The notes under the pieces are model-generated. The model was given only the letters and a program-made list of their open reading frames with translations. It was not told the origin of the DNA and ran no database searches. From a virus (Duplodnaviria; Caudoviricetes), in the IMG/VR virus record IMGVR_UViG_3300030100_000603, positions 1 through 64,000 of that record: a DNA stretch of 64,000 bases. One strand, 5' to 3'. The translations under genes were made by a program, and so were the position numbers. Positions 1 to 8,028 of the stretch are shown piece by piece (positions within the stretch are counted from its first letter, which is position 1; each line of letters begins with the position of its first letter).

Positions 1-230
1 TGTTTCCTGTACTCTAATACTTTATCGTAATTCTCTTGTTTGTATTTTTTACTTTTTATTAAATCACAAGGCAAACACGTCCCATTGACAACATATCTCA
101 AGCTAACATGACCACGTTTACAAGGCTTACCCGTAAAATACCTATCTAAACCAAGCTCTTTAGCCTCTTTCTTTGAAACAATATCCCTGAGAACACCATC
201 ATCATCATATGCTTGCTGTTTATCTTTCAT
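1..230 (-). CDS. Partial Zn-ribbon homing-endonuclease-like gene (N-terminus; runs off window start)
   Basis: Not in ORF track. Hand translation from ATG at 230: MKDKQQAYDDDGVLRDIVSKKEAKELGLDRYFTGKPCKRGHVSLRYVVNGTCLPC..., same YFTGKPCKxGH...CxxC module as 28150, 34651, 47621, 60246. Confidence 0.75.
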   Translation of the reverse strand, partial: MKDKQQAYDDDGVLRDIVSKKEAKELGLDRYFTGKPCKRGHVSLRYVVNGTCLPCDLIKSKKYKQENYDKVLEYRK

Positions 231-586
231 GCTTGCTGCTCCTCGTCATATGCTTCCAACAGAAACCCCACGGCAGCAAAAGCCGGGAGCGTGGGATTCA
301 CACGAAACTCTTCATTAGCATTTTTGAAACCAGTGTGGTCCTGATACCATTCTTTGCTCAATCCAAACTTTCTCAAGAACCTGTTGGTGTGCTTGGAACC
401 ACAAGGTTCATGCTTGTTAGGCATACGGTAGCCATACTTGCTGGCCAGGTCACGCCAATGGCTGTGGTCATCCCATTCCAGCTTCAGGTTTGCTTCAGCC
501 CAGATTCGCTTCTCTTCACGCTTCTCGGCACCTTTCAGGCGGAGTTCTTCACGTTCAGCAGCAGTGATGGTCGAGAGGTAAGCCAT
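227..586 (-). CDS. Hypothetical phage protein
   Basis: 119-aa ORF, SD AGGA upstream, downstream of leftward promoter 644-672. Confidence 0.7.
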   Translation of the reverse strand: MAYLSTITAAEREELRLKGAEKREEKRIWAEANLKLEWDDHSHWRDLASKYGYRMPNKHEPCGSKHTNRFLRKFGLSKEWYQDHTGFKNANEEFRVNPTLPAFAAVGFLLEAYDEEQQA

Positions 587-643
587 GATTGATTCCTTTT
601 CGGTAGTTTTACAATGGTTTTGTACTTCGTTTTCGATGATCTC

Positions 644-672
644 AGTATAGGCGGTAGGGTAGGGTGGGTCAA
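644..672 (-). promoter_or_regulatory. Sigma70-like promoter (17-bp spacer)
   Basis: TTGACC-N17-TATACT on minus strand. Confidence 0.7.
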
Positions 673-758
673 GTCCTTTTTGAAGATTTTTTACTCTAAA
701 AAGGCATATTTCTTTCTACCACCTTCTGCTGTACCACCATGCCCTGAATTATATGGAC

Positions 759-931
759 AGAATATTCTATACATAGATTATGATAAGAATATAATGTCTA
801 AATAAGAATAACATTGATAAGAATATCTATAACTAGAAATATCTAGTCTAGATATTCTAGACATAATTAATATATAGAATATATTATATAATAATATACT
901 TAGGGTACACCAATATGTATGTCCATGTCAA
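759..931. repeat. AT-rich iteron element A (imperfect direct repeat of 57311-57487); candidate replication origin
   Basis: AGAATATTCT palindrome, repeated (T)AAGAATA units, TCTAGTCTAGATATTCTAGA, ending TAGGGTACA-N-TGTCAA; collinear with copy B. Confidence 0.8.
902..931 (-). promoter_or_regulatory. Sigma70-like promoter firing into AT-rich element A
   Basis: TTGACA-N18-TACCCT; same arrangement at 57458-57487. Confidence 0.6.
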
Positions 932-980
932 TACCTCAGATAAGAAAAATTTCACAGGGGTTTCCTGTCTTTCCCTGTCC

Positions 981-1010
981 ACTCTATACCTGTCGTGTCC
1001 TTCCTGTCAA
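981..1010 (-). promoter_or_regulatory. Sigma70-like promoter
   Basis: TTGACA-N18-TAGAGT with A-tract upstream. Confidence 0.55.
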
Positions 1011-1044
1011 GTTTTTTCTGTCAGAAATTTTGTTCATTCTTTCC

Positions 1045-1074
1045 TTGACATCTACTGCCATGATGGCGTAGACT
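1045..1074 (+). promoter_or_regulatory. Sigma70-like early promoter
   Basis: TTGACA-N18-TAGACT, 35 nt before first rightward gene. Confidence 0.75.
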
Positions 1075-1109
1075 ACAAGAACACTCCGAACAGAAAGAGG
1101 TGACAGAAA

Positions 1110-1403
1110 ATGACCACACAGATTAACGAAGCAGTTATGAACCTTCTATTAGACCTTAGTAGCATTGACTTTACTGACGGATTCGAGGATACTGTGCCTC
1201 AACGTGTCAGGAATTGTATCGCACAATACGATCAATTCATGGCTAGAAACTTCTGGTCGTTATCCTGCTGCGGAATGTATCGCCAGATGTTAGAGGAAAT
1301 TTTTGATGGCGATGAGGAACTTATGGAAATTTATCTTGACGTAAAGGAATATGCACGAGAGAATGGTTTTAGAATGCCTGATTGGGGTACACGAGGAACT
1401 TAA
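1110..1403 (+). CDS. Hypothetical early protein
   Basis: 97 aa, SD GAGG. Confidence 0.7.
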   Translation: MTTQINEAVMNLLLDLSSIDFTDGFEDTVPQRVRNCIAQYDQFMARNFWSLSCCGMYRQMLEEIFDGDEELMEIYLDVKEYARENGFRMPDWGTRGT

Positions 1404-1404
1404 C

Positions 1405-1485
1405 ATGTTAGAGAAACCTTATTTTTACATCGCTCTTGCAATTGGATCAGCCTTCTGGTATTGTCTGTACCTGTTGATATTTTAA
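1405..1485 (+). CDS. Small hydrophobic peptide (26 aa)
   Basis: MLEKPYFYIALAIGSAFWYCLYLLIF; SD GAGG, fills gap between genes. Confidence 0.5.
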   Translation: MLEKPYFYIALAIGSAFWYCLYLLIF

Positions 1486-1514
1486 CGAAGCTGAAAAACT
1501 TGATGAGGTGTGAA

Positions 1515-1994
1515 ATGACCAACATTAACTTCTACTCTAGATATCAGATGAAGCGTATGATCGAAGCTGGTGAACTTGATCCTGAGCGTGATGTGGTCAT
1601 CAGCATCAATGATACGCCACAAGAATACAAGGAAATGTTTGAACTACTCACGACCCTGTACGATGCGGACAACAAACCCGAGGCATGGCAGAATTATACT
1701 TGCCTGATGTTCAACGATGATGAAGGCGACTTCAGTGAACTACAGGCCAGGGTGATTAAGACTTTCGTCGATAACCATGGTGTCAAGAAGAATTATCACA
1801 TTCACTGTTTCGCTGGTGTCAGTCGGTCTGGTGCTGTTGCCAAGTGGATTAACGAATACTACGACCAATGTATAATGTACTTGGATGACTACATGGGTTA
1901 TAATAGACATGTGTTCAACGAACTACACAAGCTGTCAGGAACATCACTTCTGGCGTATTATGAACAACTTGAGAAGCAGGGCCGAATGATGTAA
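1515..1994 (+). CDS. Tyrosine/dual-specificity phosphatase-like protein
   Basis: CX5R loop HCFAGVSRSG; start moved to ATG 1515 after SD GAGGTG. Confidence 0.75.
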   Translation: MTNINFYSRYQMKRMIEAGELDPERDVVISINDTPQEYKEMFELLTTLYDADNKPEAWQNYTCLMFNDDEGDFSELQARVIKTFVDNHGVKKNYHIHCFAGVSRSGAVAKWINEYYDQCIMYLDDYMGYNRHVFNELHKLSGTSLLAYYEQLEKQGRMM

Positions 1995-2056
1995 TGTTCT
2001 GGATAATGCTTGCAGTAGTCGTTGGGTTCATTCTTGGATTAATTGCGGGGGATTAA
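1994..2056 (+). CDS. Small membrane peptide (20 aa)
   Basis: MFWIMLAVVVGFILGLIAGD; TAATG coupling. Confidence 0.5.
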   Translation: MFWIMLAVVVGFILGLIAGD

Positions 2057-2058
2057 GT

Positions 2059-2292
2059 ATGAAAACTTTTGATATTGATATGGATGGCTCTATGCGTTAT
2101 TGCGGAGATGCTGGTGATTGGGTCAGGGTAGAAGTTGCAAGAGAACTTTATGAGAAATTGAAATATTCAGTAGATATTCTGCAAGGGATTTTAGAAGACC
2201 CTGGAGTTATTAATGTTTTCAAATGTCATTATGACCATCAGGATGTGTATGAGATGATTAAAGCTATTGAGAATGCTGAAGAAGAGGATTGA
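2059..2292 (+). CDS. Hypothetical protein
   Basis: 77 aa, operon context. Confidence 0.65.
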   Translation: MKTFDIDMDGSMRYCGDAGDWVRVEVARELYEKLKYSVDILQGILEDPGVINVFKCHYDHQDVYEMIKAIENAEEED

Positions 2293-2298
2293 CCCAAG

Positions 2299-2484
2299 AT
2301 GAAACCCAAGTATATAATCTATAATGTTCCTGATGAGGAATACTACAAAGAATTCATGAGGGGAGTAACACTTGACAGGGATGAGGCATACAGGTACACT
2401 GAAAATGAGATCATGATGGCATTGGAGATATATCCTGACTGGCTGAATAACTGTCGAATCACTCAGGAATGGGGAGAGACATGA
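2299..2484 (+). CDS. Hypothetical protein
   Basis: 61 aa, SD GAGG. Confidence 0.65.
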   Translation: MKPKYIIYNVPDEEYYKEFMRGVTLDRDEAYRYTENEIMMALEIYPDWLNNCRITQEWGET

Positions 2485-2549
2485 CTTTCACATGGGTAGT
2501 AATAGCAGCGTTCATTGGATTTATTATCGGAATGTTTCTGGGGGCTTGA
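2481..2549 (+). CDS. Small membrane peptide (22 aa)
   Basis: MTFTWVVIAAFIGFIIGMFLGA; ATGA coupling, resembles 1994-2056. Confidence 0.5.
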   Translation: MTFTWVVIAAFIGFIIGMFLGA

Positions 2550-2550
2550 A

Positions 2551-2754
2551 ATGACTAAACTTTATCTTGCACATGATGTGAAAGATGGTGTAGAATCACT
2601 GTTCATGGTCAAAGGTAACCGGATGTGTGTATCAACTTACTTTGGATATAATGATAGCTGGTTGGACAAGAGCAAGATGGTTTTTGAGCATTGGTGTGAC
2701 GAAGATTTGGATTGGTTACGTATGCTTAATAAAAAACTGATTTGGGAGAAATAA
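2551..2754 (+). CDS. Hypothetical protein
   Basis: ATG 2551 (MTKLYLAHD...). Confidence 0.6.
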   Translation: MTKLYLAHDVKDGVESLFMVKGNRMCVSTYFGYNDSWLDKSKMVFEHWCDEDLDWLRMLNKKLIWEK

Positions 2755-2755
2755 G

Positions 2756-2971
2756 ATGACTAAAGTATATGCGGTATCAACTGTTGATCTTTATGATGGT
2801 CAGATTGAAGCGGGTGTTCTTTACCCTGTGGTTTACGAGGAAGATGGACTTTTTCTCATCGAGGATATTTCTGAAGAGATTGATGAAATTCTAGGCATCT
2901 GGGGATCATCATGCGCTCATCAAGTTTATGAAAGTGGTGGTCTTGGTGAATGGAAACGGGTGGAGATTTAA
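2756..2971 (+). CDS. Hypothetical protein
   Basis: 71 aa, SD GGAG. Confidence 0.6.
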   Translation: MTKVYAVSTVDLYDGQIEAGVLYPVVYEEDGLFLIEDISEEIDEILGIWGSSCAHQVYESGGLGEWKRVEI

Positions 2972-2973
2972 CA

Positions 2974-3549
2974 ATGGGTGATAAGCACTGGTATGATCAC
3001 GTCCTGATGCTTGAGGATGTGTATAACGGGACAGGTAGTTCTGTAGATGAAACTGAAGCTGATGAACTTGACGATAGGACCATCCGAGCGAGGATCAAAA
3101 GCTTTCTGGATTTGATTGCCTGGTCTGAAGGGACAAGTACGATTCGTGCATCAGATGATGGGTACAATGTAATTGTGGGTGGTGGTCTTTTCCATGATTA
3201 TTCCGATCATCCTCGAAAACTTGTCGATATTCCTCGATATGGTATTAAAAGTACGGCAGCAGGTAGGTATCAGATTCTTGAGAGGTATTGGGATCACTAC
3301 GCGAAGCAGCTAAACTTGAAGGATTTCACCCCAAGGAATCAAGACAAGTATGCAATGAATATGTTCCGAGAAGTGGGTTGCGTCAAGGATATCGAAGATG
3401 GTAGAATTGAGAAAGCAATTGTGAAATGTTCATCACGTTGGGCATCCTTCCCTGGTGCCGGTTATGGTCAGAGAGAAGTCGAAATGAAGAAAATGCTTGA
3501 CAAATTTGATGACCTGATGCAAGATAACCTAAAGGGTTGGGAGGTGTGA
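2974..3549 (+). CDS. Lambda-R-type lysozyme/endolysin with acidic N-terminal extension
   Basis: FLDLIAWSEGT...GYNVIVGG..F..YSDHP...STAAGRYQIL...QDKYA...WASFPG.GYGQ motifs. Confidence 0.85.
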   Translation: MGDKHWYDHVLMLEDVYNGTGSSVDETEADELDDRTIRARIKSFLDLIAWSEGTSTIRASDDGYNVIVGGGLFHDYSDHPRKLVDIPRYGIKSTAAGRYQILERYWDHYAKQLNLKDFTPRNQDKYAMNMFREVGCVKDIEDGRIEKAIVKCSSRWASFPGAGYGQREVEMKKMLDKFDDLMQDNLKGWEV

Positions 3550-3550
3550 G

Positions 3551-3991
3551 ATGATTACATTCAGTGATGACCAGTTGTACGACATTGACAACGAGCTTGC
3601 ACGATATATTACTGCTGCTCTGAAACAGTTTCTTGCGAAGATGAAGGACTTGAATGAGACATGTGGTATTTTCACAGTACCCAACGACTTTTATCCAGCC
3701 AACGTCTTTGAACTGACGAGAGAAGAGTACGAAGAGGTTGATAAGAAAGCTGCAAAGGAATGGTTCAAAACAATCGAAAAGATGATTGTTGGGTTTGATG
3801 TTGATGCTGCACCGGATGCTGCTGATTACGACTTTGGTGTAGACTTTGGTAGTAGGAATGATGATGGCAGGTTTGCTGTAAGGAATGAGGAAGAGTTCAA
3901 CCGCTACAAGAGGGACATGACTGAGTACGAGTACGCTGCACAAGATGGGCGTCTGCTCTTTGCTAAATACTTCACTTCACTTTGGATTTAA
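3551..3991 (+). CDS. Hypothetical phage protein
   Basis: 146 aa, coupled to neighbours. Confidence 0.7.
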   Translation: MITFSDDQLYDIDNELARYITAALKQFLAKMKDLNETCGIFTVPNDFYPANVFELTREEYEEVDKKAAKEWFKTIEKMIVGFDVDAAPDAADYDFGVDFGSRNDDGRFAVRNEEEFNRYKRDMTEYEYAAQDGRLLFAKYFTSLWI

Positions 3992-4004
3992 TGAGGAAAA
4001 TATC

Positions 4005-4658
4005 ATGAAGAAGACTGTAATTGCTCTTAGTATTGCTGGTATGACCCTGGTCGGAATTTCTCAGGCACAAGCCACTGGTAACAACTTTGGCCCATGTACT
4101 CGTGTGAATGACCATTTCTTCTGTCCGCAAATGGAAGGACCGCAGGGACCACAAGGGGAAGTTGGGCCTCAAGGTCCGCAGGGAGAAACTGGCCCACAAG
4201 GTCCGCAGGGTGAAACAGGCCCACAAGGTATTCCTGGTCAAGATGGTGAGCGTGGTCCCCAAGGTGAGACAGGACCACAAGGCCCGAAAGGTGAAAAGGG
4301 TGACCGTGGTCTGCAAGGTGAAACAGGCCCAAAAGGCGATAAGGGTGATAAAGGTGATCCTGGTCCGAAAGGTGAGAAAGGGGATCGCGGTGAAGACGGT
4401 AAGGATGGTGTAGCCAATCAAGAAGATATCGACGCAGCCGTTGCAGCAGCTATCGCCAGTGGTTCACACCAATACTACCTTGGTGATGACGCACCGCTTC
4501 AAATGAGTGTCACTGGCAGCCACTATAGCGGTCAGAATGCCATCTCAGTCGGTATCGGTGGACGTGCACACAAGAATGTCTTCCTTCACGGTAACGTCAC
4601 ACAGGGTACTGGTGGGCATACTTCTGCATCGGTTGGTGTGACCATTCCGCTACAGTAA
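4005..4658 (+). CDS. Secreted collagen-repeat protein with YadA-like C-terminal anchor (trimeric autotransporter-like)
   Basis: Signal peptide MKKTVIALSIAG...AQA; ~31 G-X-Y triplets; coiled AAVAAAIA then four beta-strand-like segments (GSHYSGQNAISVGIG...SASVGVTIPL). Confidence 0.7.
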   Translation: MKKTVIALSIAGMTLVGISQAQATGNNFGPCTRVNDHFFCPQMEGPQGPQGEVGPQGPQGETGPQGPQGETGPQGIPGQDGERGPQGETGPQGPKGEKGDRGLQGETGPKGDKGDKGDPGPKGEKGDRGEDGKDGVANQEDIDAAVAAAIASGSHQYYLGDDAPLQMSVTGSHYSGQNAISVGIGGRAHKNVFLHGNVTQGTGGHTSASVGVTIPLQ

Positions 4659-4673
4659 GTTACAAATAAAGGA

Positions 4674-4703
4674 TTGACTCAGGACCAAGGATGGTCGTAT
4701 ACT
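4674..4703 (+). promoter_or_regulatory. Sigma70-like promoter
   Basis: TTGACT-N18-TATACT. Confidence 0.75.
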
Positions 4704-4742
4704 GTCAAGACAGACACAAGGAAGGAAGAAGGAGATGCACTG

Positions 4743-5489
4743 ATGGCGAAAAAAACTAAGTTCGACACCAAAGAGGAAACTATGGAAGCTGCTCGTGAAC
4801 TTGGGAATAAGAAAAAATTTACCATTCATGACCTTTATGCACTACAGCCAAAAAGTCTTAATCAAGAAAAGTTCATGGATATTTACAAAAGCGGAAAACC
4901 TGTGATTCATTGTAGTGGTGTAAGTGGTTCAGGAAAAACTGCTCTAGCTTTTTACATGGCACTCACGGAGGTTCTGGACGAGTCTAGTGAATTTGATAAA
5001 ATTGTGATGGTTCGTTCTGCCGTGGAAACTCGTAAGATGGGGTTTCTTCCCGGATCGCTTGATGAAAAGGCTGAAGCATATGAAGCACCCTACAGGTCTT
5101 TCACACAACAGTTCATCAAGTACAACAATGCTTATGATAACCTGAAAGCATTGGGTTATTACGAATTTCTTACTACTAGTTACCTGCGGGGTGCCACATT
5201 TGACAATTGTGTAGTTATTTGTGAGGAATTTCAAAACTTAGATTACTCTGAACTACATACTGTAATGACCAGGGTTGGCATCAATAGCCGAATCATTTTT
5301 ACTGGTGACAACCGGCAAGATGATCTAAAGCGACAACGGGAAAAATCCGGTTTTGAAAAATTTAAGAAAGTTTTGCAAGCGATGCCTGAGCACATGGTAG
5401 GATTTGTTGAATATCAGTTGACTGATGTTGTAAGGTCAGGTGTGGTGAGGGAGTTTCTTGAAGCGGATTATAAATTTGGAGAGGATTGA
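4743..5489 (+). CDS. phoH: PhoH-family ATPase
   Basis: GVSGSGKT Walker A, RSAVETRKMGFLPG, LRGATFDN, EEFQN, GDNRQDD motifs. Confidence 0.9.
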   Translation: MAKKTKFDTKEETMEAARELGNKKKFTIHDLYALQPKSLNQEKFMDIYKSGKPVIHCSGVSGSGKTALAFYMALTEVLDESSEFDKIVMVRSAVETRKMGFLPGSLDEKAEAYEAPYRSFTQQFIKYNNAYDNLKALGYYEFLTTSYLRGATFDNCVVICEEFQNLDYSELHTVMTRVGINSRIIFTGDNRQDDLKRQREKSGFEKFKKVLQAMPEHMVGFVEYQLTDVVRSGVVREFLEADYKFGED

Positions 5490-6173
5490 ATGCCAGCTAG
5501 GATAGAGTATCAAAAAGGTCATAAATTTGAAGGAACAAGATTGACGTTTCTCAAAGATTGGGGTAAAGTTGGTAACAGGAGAGTATTTTTGGGTGTATGT
5601 GATTGTGGTAACTTCACAATTAAGCCCATTAACCCAGTTAAGCATGGTTCGGTGAGGTCTTGCGGGTGTTTGCTGTCAGAAACGGTTACTGAAAGAAACA
5701 AAAGTTATAGTGTTCATGGGTGTTATAACAAGAGTGGTATGAATTCATATCGACATATGATTTCTAGATGTTATAATGAGGAAGACCCAGATTACTACAA
5801 CTACGGAGCATTGGGTGTAAAAGTTTGTGACAGATGGTTAGAACCCGACGGGAAAGGGGTGATTAATTTTTTTGAGGACATGGGTGAAAAACCAGACGGT
5901 TACTCTCTTGACAGAATTGATACATACGGTGATTATCATGCTGATAATTGTAAATGGTCAAATATTTATGACCAAGCATACAATAAGAAAGCAAGACCTG
6001 GGAACAAGACAGGTAAAACTGGTGTAATGAAACACAGAGATGGTGGTTATATTGCACACATTGGAGTAAATGGTGAGAAAATTTACCTTGGATGGTTTAC
6101 AAATTATGAAGAAGCTGTTATAGTTAGGGAAGAAGCAGAAATGAAGTATCGGGGTAAAATTTTAAAACATTAA
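5490..6173 (+). CDS. HNH/AP2-type homing endonuclease-like protein
   Basis: CDCGN..SCGC, MISRC, GVKVCDRW, SLDRID..GDY..DNCKW, C-terminal AP2-like YLGWF. Confidence 0.8.
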   Translation: MPARIEYQKGHKFEGTRLTFLKDWGKVGNRRVFLGVCDCGNFTIKPINPVKHGSVRSCGCLLSETVTERNKSYSVHGCYNKSGMNSYRHMISRCYNEEDPDYYNYGALGVKVCDRWLEPDGKGVINFFEDMGEKPDGYSLDRIDTYGDYHADNCKWSNIYDQAYNKKARPGNKTGKTGVMKHRDGGYIAHIGVNGEKIYLGWFTNYEEAVIVREEAEMKYRGKILKH

Positions 6174-6186
6174 CTGTGAGGTTATC

Positions 6187-8028
6187 ATGAAAACCACGGT
6201 AGAAAAACGTGAAGCTGGTCATTACATTGGTGGTTTTGGTTGTTTTGACTGCGGCGGTAGTGATCCACTAGCTATCTATCGGCAGGTTGATGGGTCATAT
6301 ACCGGGTATTGCTTTTCCAACTGTGATGAGGATAAGAAGTACAAGAGTTCAGAAGAGATTGAAGATAACTTTGATACTTCTGATTTTGAAAAGTACAAGG
6401 CACGGACTGCTGCTGAACCTATCACTGATGAACAGCGAGAGGAAATTGAAAGTAACGAAACTCGTGGCTGGCGCGAACGTAAGATCACCCGAGCGACTTC
6501 CGAAGCATATGGTGTCTATACGAAGTTTGCTGATGACGGTAGTGTTATCAATCGCTACTACCCTGTCACTGAGAACAAGGAACTGGTTGGATATCATGTC
6601 CGAAACGACAAGCTGAAACAGGCGAAGAAGAAAGACAAATCCATTAAGGGTGCACCTTTCTACAACGTCGGCAAGGTTAAGCTTGAGTGTGAACTGTTCG
6701 GACAGTCATTGTTCTCGAAAGGTGGTAAGTTCATCGTTATCACTGGTGGCTGTGAAGATGCGATGGCTGTCTACCAGACGTTGAAGACTGACAAGTATGA
6801 GACAGCGTGTGTTAGTCCGGTAGTTGGTGAGGGTAGCGCAGTACAGCAGGTTCAGAATAACTTTCAGTATGTGAACAGCTTCGAGAAAGTTATTCTGATG
6901 ATGGATAATGACGAAGTTGGTAAGAAGGCAGCACTGGCAATCAGTAAGCTGTTTGGTTTCGGCAAGGTGGTTATTGCCGACCTCACTTACAAAGACCCTT
7001 GCGAATACCTTCAGCATACTGGTGGTGCTGCAAAGCTCAGGAAAGCGTTCTGGGAAGCGATGCCGAAAAGACCATCACAGGTATTGACGGTAGCCGATAT
7101 CTTCGAGAAGGCGATGAAACTGCCCGAGATGGGTCTTTCTATGCCCTGGCCGAGTGCTACTGAGGCTACGCTTGGGATTCGCCGTGGTGAGATTCACATT
7201 GTCGGTGCTGCACCAAAGATCGGTAAGACGGAACACCAGCATCAGTTGATTAAGCACATGACTGATGTACATGGGGAAGTTGTTGGTGTAATGTCATTGG
7301 AAGAAAATCCTGTGAAGACCTTGAAGAAGGTTGCAGGTAAATACGCCAAGAAGCAATTCACCAAACCGCCTCAGATTGGTGGGTATACGTTGGAAGAGAT
7401 GGAACAGGCATTCAAACTGCTTGACCATAAGATGGAATTCTACTCTTCTGATGGTGTCCGTGATTACATGGAGATTCTTGATACAGTACGGTATTGGGCA
7501 TCAAAAGGTATTTGGTTTTTCATCCTTGACCCGCTGACCGCACTTGTGGCAGAATACTCAGCAAGTGAAGCAAACGACATTCTCAACAACTTTATGAGTA
7601 AGGCTGCATCATTGTGTATGGAATTGGGTGTGACATTCTTCATGTACAGTCACGTTAACCCTGTGAAGTCCGGTACTCCCCATGACCAAGGTGGTGATGT
7701 ACTTTCCTCACAATTCACCGGCAGTCGTGCGATGGAGAAGTGGGCACATTACGGATGGGGTATCCAGCGTGATCGTACTGAGAAGGATGAGAAGCTTCGT
7801 AATACTGCTCGCGTGACACTTCTGTTTGACCGTGAGTTCGGTGAGTATTGCGAATACTACGCCTTTTATGATAAGGTACACAATGATTGGAGTGAGTGTG
7901 ACAATCCCAACCCTGAAACGAACGATGAAATCCTGTTCGATGATGGTGGGGTGAGTGAGGATGAAGACGTTTCAATGGATAACTTTCATGAAGACACATG
8001 GGACTTTAGGAAACCAGAGGAAGCATGA
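6187..8028 (+). CDS. Primase-helicase (T7 gp4-like)
   Basis: N-terminal Cys Zn module, TOPRIM EDAM and DND, helicase GAAPKIGKT, ILDPLT, SQFTGSRA. Confidence 0.9.
   Translation: MKTTVEKREAGHYIGGFGCFDCGGSDPLAIYRQVDGSYTGYCFSNCDEDKKYKSSEEIEDNFDTSDFEKYKARTAAEPITDEQREEIESNETRGWRERKITRATSEAYGVYTKFADDGSVINRYYPVTENKELVGYHVRNDKLKQAKKKDKSIKGAPFYNVGKVKLECELFGQSLFSKGGKFIVITGGCEDAMAVYQTLKTDKYETACVSPVVGEGSAVQQVQNNFQYVNSFEKVILMMDNDEVGKKAALAISKLFGFGKVVIADLTYKDPCEYLQHTGGAAKLRKAFWEAMPKRPSQVLTVADIFEKAMKLPEMGLSMPWPSATEATLGIRRGEIHIVGAAPKIGKTEHQHQLIKHMTDVHGEVVGVMSLEENPVKTLKKVAGKYAKKQFTKPPQIGGYTLEEMEQAFKLLDHKMEFYSSDGVRDYMEILDTVRYWASKGIWFFILDPLTALVAEYSASEANDILNNFMSKAASLCMELGVTFFMYSHVNPVKSGTPHDQGGDVLSSQFTGSRAMEKWAHYGWGIQRDRTEKDEKLRNTARVTLLFDREFGEYCEYYAFYDKVHNDWSECDNPNPETNDEILFDDGGVSEDEDVSMDNFHEDTWDFRKPEEA

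Noticed and set aside
207-238. CAGCAAGCAT tandem duplication at the start of the partial endonuclease
   Set aside because: Only 20 bp apart, and the far end of the element is outside the window, so it cannot be tested as an insertion scar.
759-931. CRISPR array or terminal redundancy
   Set aside because: Units are 7-9 bp with no 20-40 bp unique spacers; the flanks of the two copies are unrelated, so not a terminal repeat.
3972-4421. Overlapping ORFs in other frames of the collagen region
   Set aside because: By-product of Gly-X-Y periodicity lacking stop codons.
5455-6173. Similarity between PhoH end (EADYKFG) and endonuclease end (EAEMKYRG) as another end-duplication
   Set aside because: The paralogous AP2-type genes end the same way (EAEIKYYG, AELKYYG), so this is a family trait.
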